Below, one piece after another: positions 61,561 through 63,091 of a DNA stretch of 63,091 nucleotides (positions within the stretch are counted from its first letter, which is position 1; every line of letters starts with the position of its first letter). This DNA comes from Octopus bimaculoides (lineage: Eukaryota). The stretch is taken from positions 28,291,965-28,355,055 of the forward strand of contig NC_068984.1 of the NCBI RefSeq assembly GCF_001194135.2. The letters run 5' to 3'. The notes beneath the pieces are model-generated. The model was not told the DNA's origin, made no database searches, and saw only the letters and a program-made list of their open reading frames with translations. The translations under genes were made by a program, and so were the position numbers.

Positions 61561-63091
61561 AAAAATCATTTGACAGAGTATTGACCACGCTGCAATGCGT
61601 AAAGTGCTAATGTGTGATTCACTTGAGGTATATTTGACTGCTATTTTAGCGTAGAAGTTCCCTTAGTAGCTTGAATAGAAAGATTTTCCAGAGAACATTG
61701 GCATTGACAAAAAAATGTAGTGAGATTTTGTATATTTAAATAGTTCCTGTTCTATTCCTGTCAATTTTCCTGTATATCAACAACACTGGTTATTTTTGTA
61801 CATATCATTCTTTCTTGTGAAACTACACTGGTAAATACAGTTTAAAAAGAAAAAAAGAAAACAGATATAAAGTCTCCATGCATCTTTTGACAGGAGCATA
61901 TACAGAAAAAAAAATGTTCTTTTACAGACACTGCCATGTGTATAATGATAGACTTTCAGAAACTCAGATAATTGCACTCTACATCTTGGAATTCAAGTGC
62001 ATGAGCTGATATCAGTACAAATTCATGGAGCTCATTCAAAGACCTGTTCCTAAAACATCTTTGTATCTGACCTTTTGACCAGCATCTCAACTTCTTAGTT
62101 CTGCTTCATTCTTTCTTTCTCTCTTTCTTCTTCTGTTTTTTTTTTCTTTCTTGTTTCTTTCTTTGATTGTTGTTATTCTTTGAGAATTTTTCTACTATCA
62201 TCACTTTTCATTGATTCTCTGATCAAATGTCTGATTTCCTTTGATGCTAGAAAATACAAAAGCAAATACATACATACAAACATAACTTCATAATATATCC
62301 ACATATCACTACACATAAACAGCACTGAATATTAAGTACATGTACTCATTTCTGTCTGAATATATGTATGTGTACGCCTATACATATATTACATACATAT
62401 GCATATATATAAATGTGTATGTATGTATGTATGTATGTGTGTGTGTGTGAGTAATTTTACATTCACTTTTGAAACAGGCATGGGTTGGCTGGCTTGCCAC
62501 AATTTGAGTTGGGATTTTATTCAAGGCTAATGATTACCTAAACAGATTAGATGACTATGTCTCATGAGTTTCATTTGTGGGTTGGTTCCAACAGCAATAT
62601 GTCGTTCTTATCACCAGCCACATTACAGCGTGTACTGGATGCTTTTTTCTATGACGTCATTATGGGAGATGTATCATAGTCTAGACAAGATTAAAGAGAT
62701 TTCTTAACCTTTTTGCATATACATGTACTTATATTTATTTATGCAAATATATATATAAACACACGCACATGCACATACACACACACACACACGCGCACAC
62801 ACAAAATAGAGGTGAACACCTTTTTCCATGTGAAAAATTGTTAAGACACTTGGATATTTACCTACATTTCTTAGCCTTAATTCACAAATAAAGAGATTAT
62901 ATCGACCAATGTGGTGTTCAGCACTCATTTTCATCATTCAATATTTACGTATATATATATATATTTAAAACAACACACCCACTCAGACAGAGAGACACAC
63001 ACACACTCCCACGCACACACACAGATGCACACATACATACACACACATACGTACACACCCTCACACATACATACGGTTGCTCTCACACACA

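Overview
AT-rich eukaryotic genomic DNA with six N-gaps and dense (TA)n, (CA)n, (CATA)n and (GAT)n microsatellites. The repeat families look like those of an octopus-type coleoid cephalopod; this is inferred from repeat recognition and was not checked against a database. No complete gene can be assembled. Most recognisable sequence is decayed transposable elements: about 18 5'-truncated RTE-clade LINE pieces (many ending in a (GAT)n tail), three tRNA-derived SINE families (including nested, tandem and inverted copies), five mariner remnants (one full length, two sharing the same catalytic-domain deletion), a hAT MITE, CR1/L2-like LINE relics, an LTR-like unit and a fold-back element. CpG-poor blocks (about 5.7-10 kb, 18.2-28.4 kb, 34.5-63 kb) alternate with CpG-retaining blocks and hold several weak candidate exons, including an ARM/RME-8-like stretch and a YWTD-like stretch. 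The most notable observations are a covarying double stem-loop multimer in the RTE 3' UTR, a 79-nt pre-miRNA-like hairpin, the shared-deletion mariner pair and a possible 4-nt microexon. No prokaryotic features, CRISPR array, rRNA or intact tRNA gene were found.
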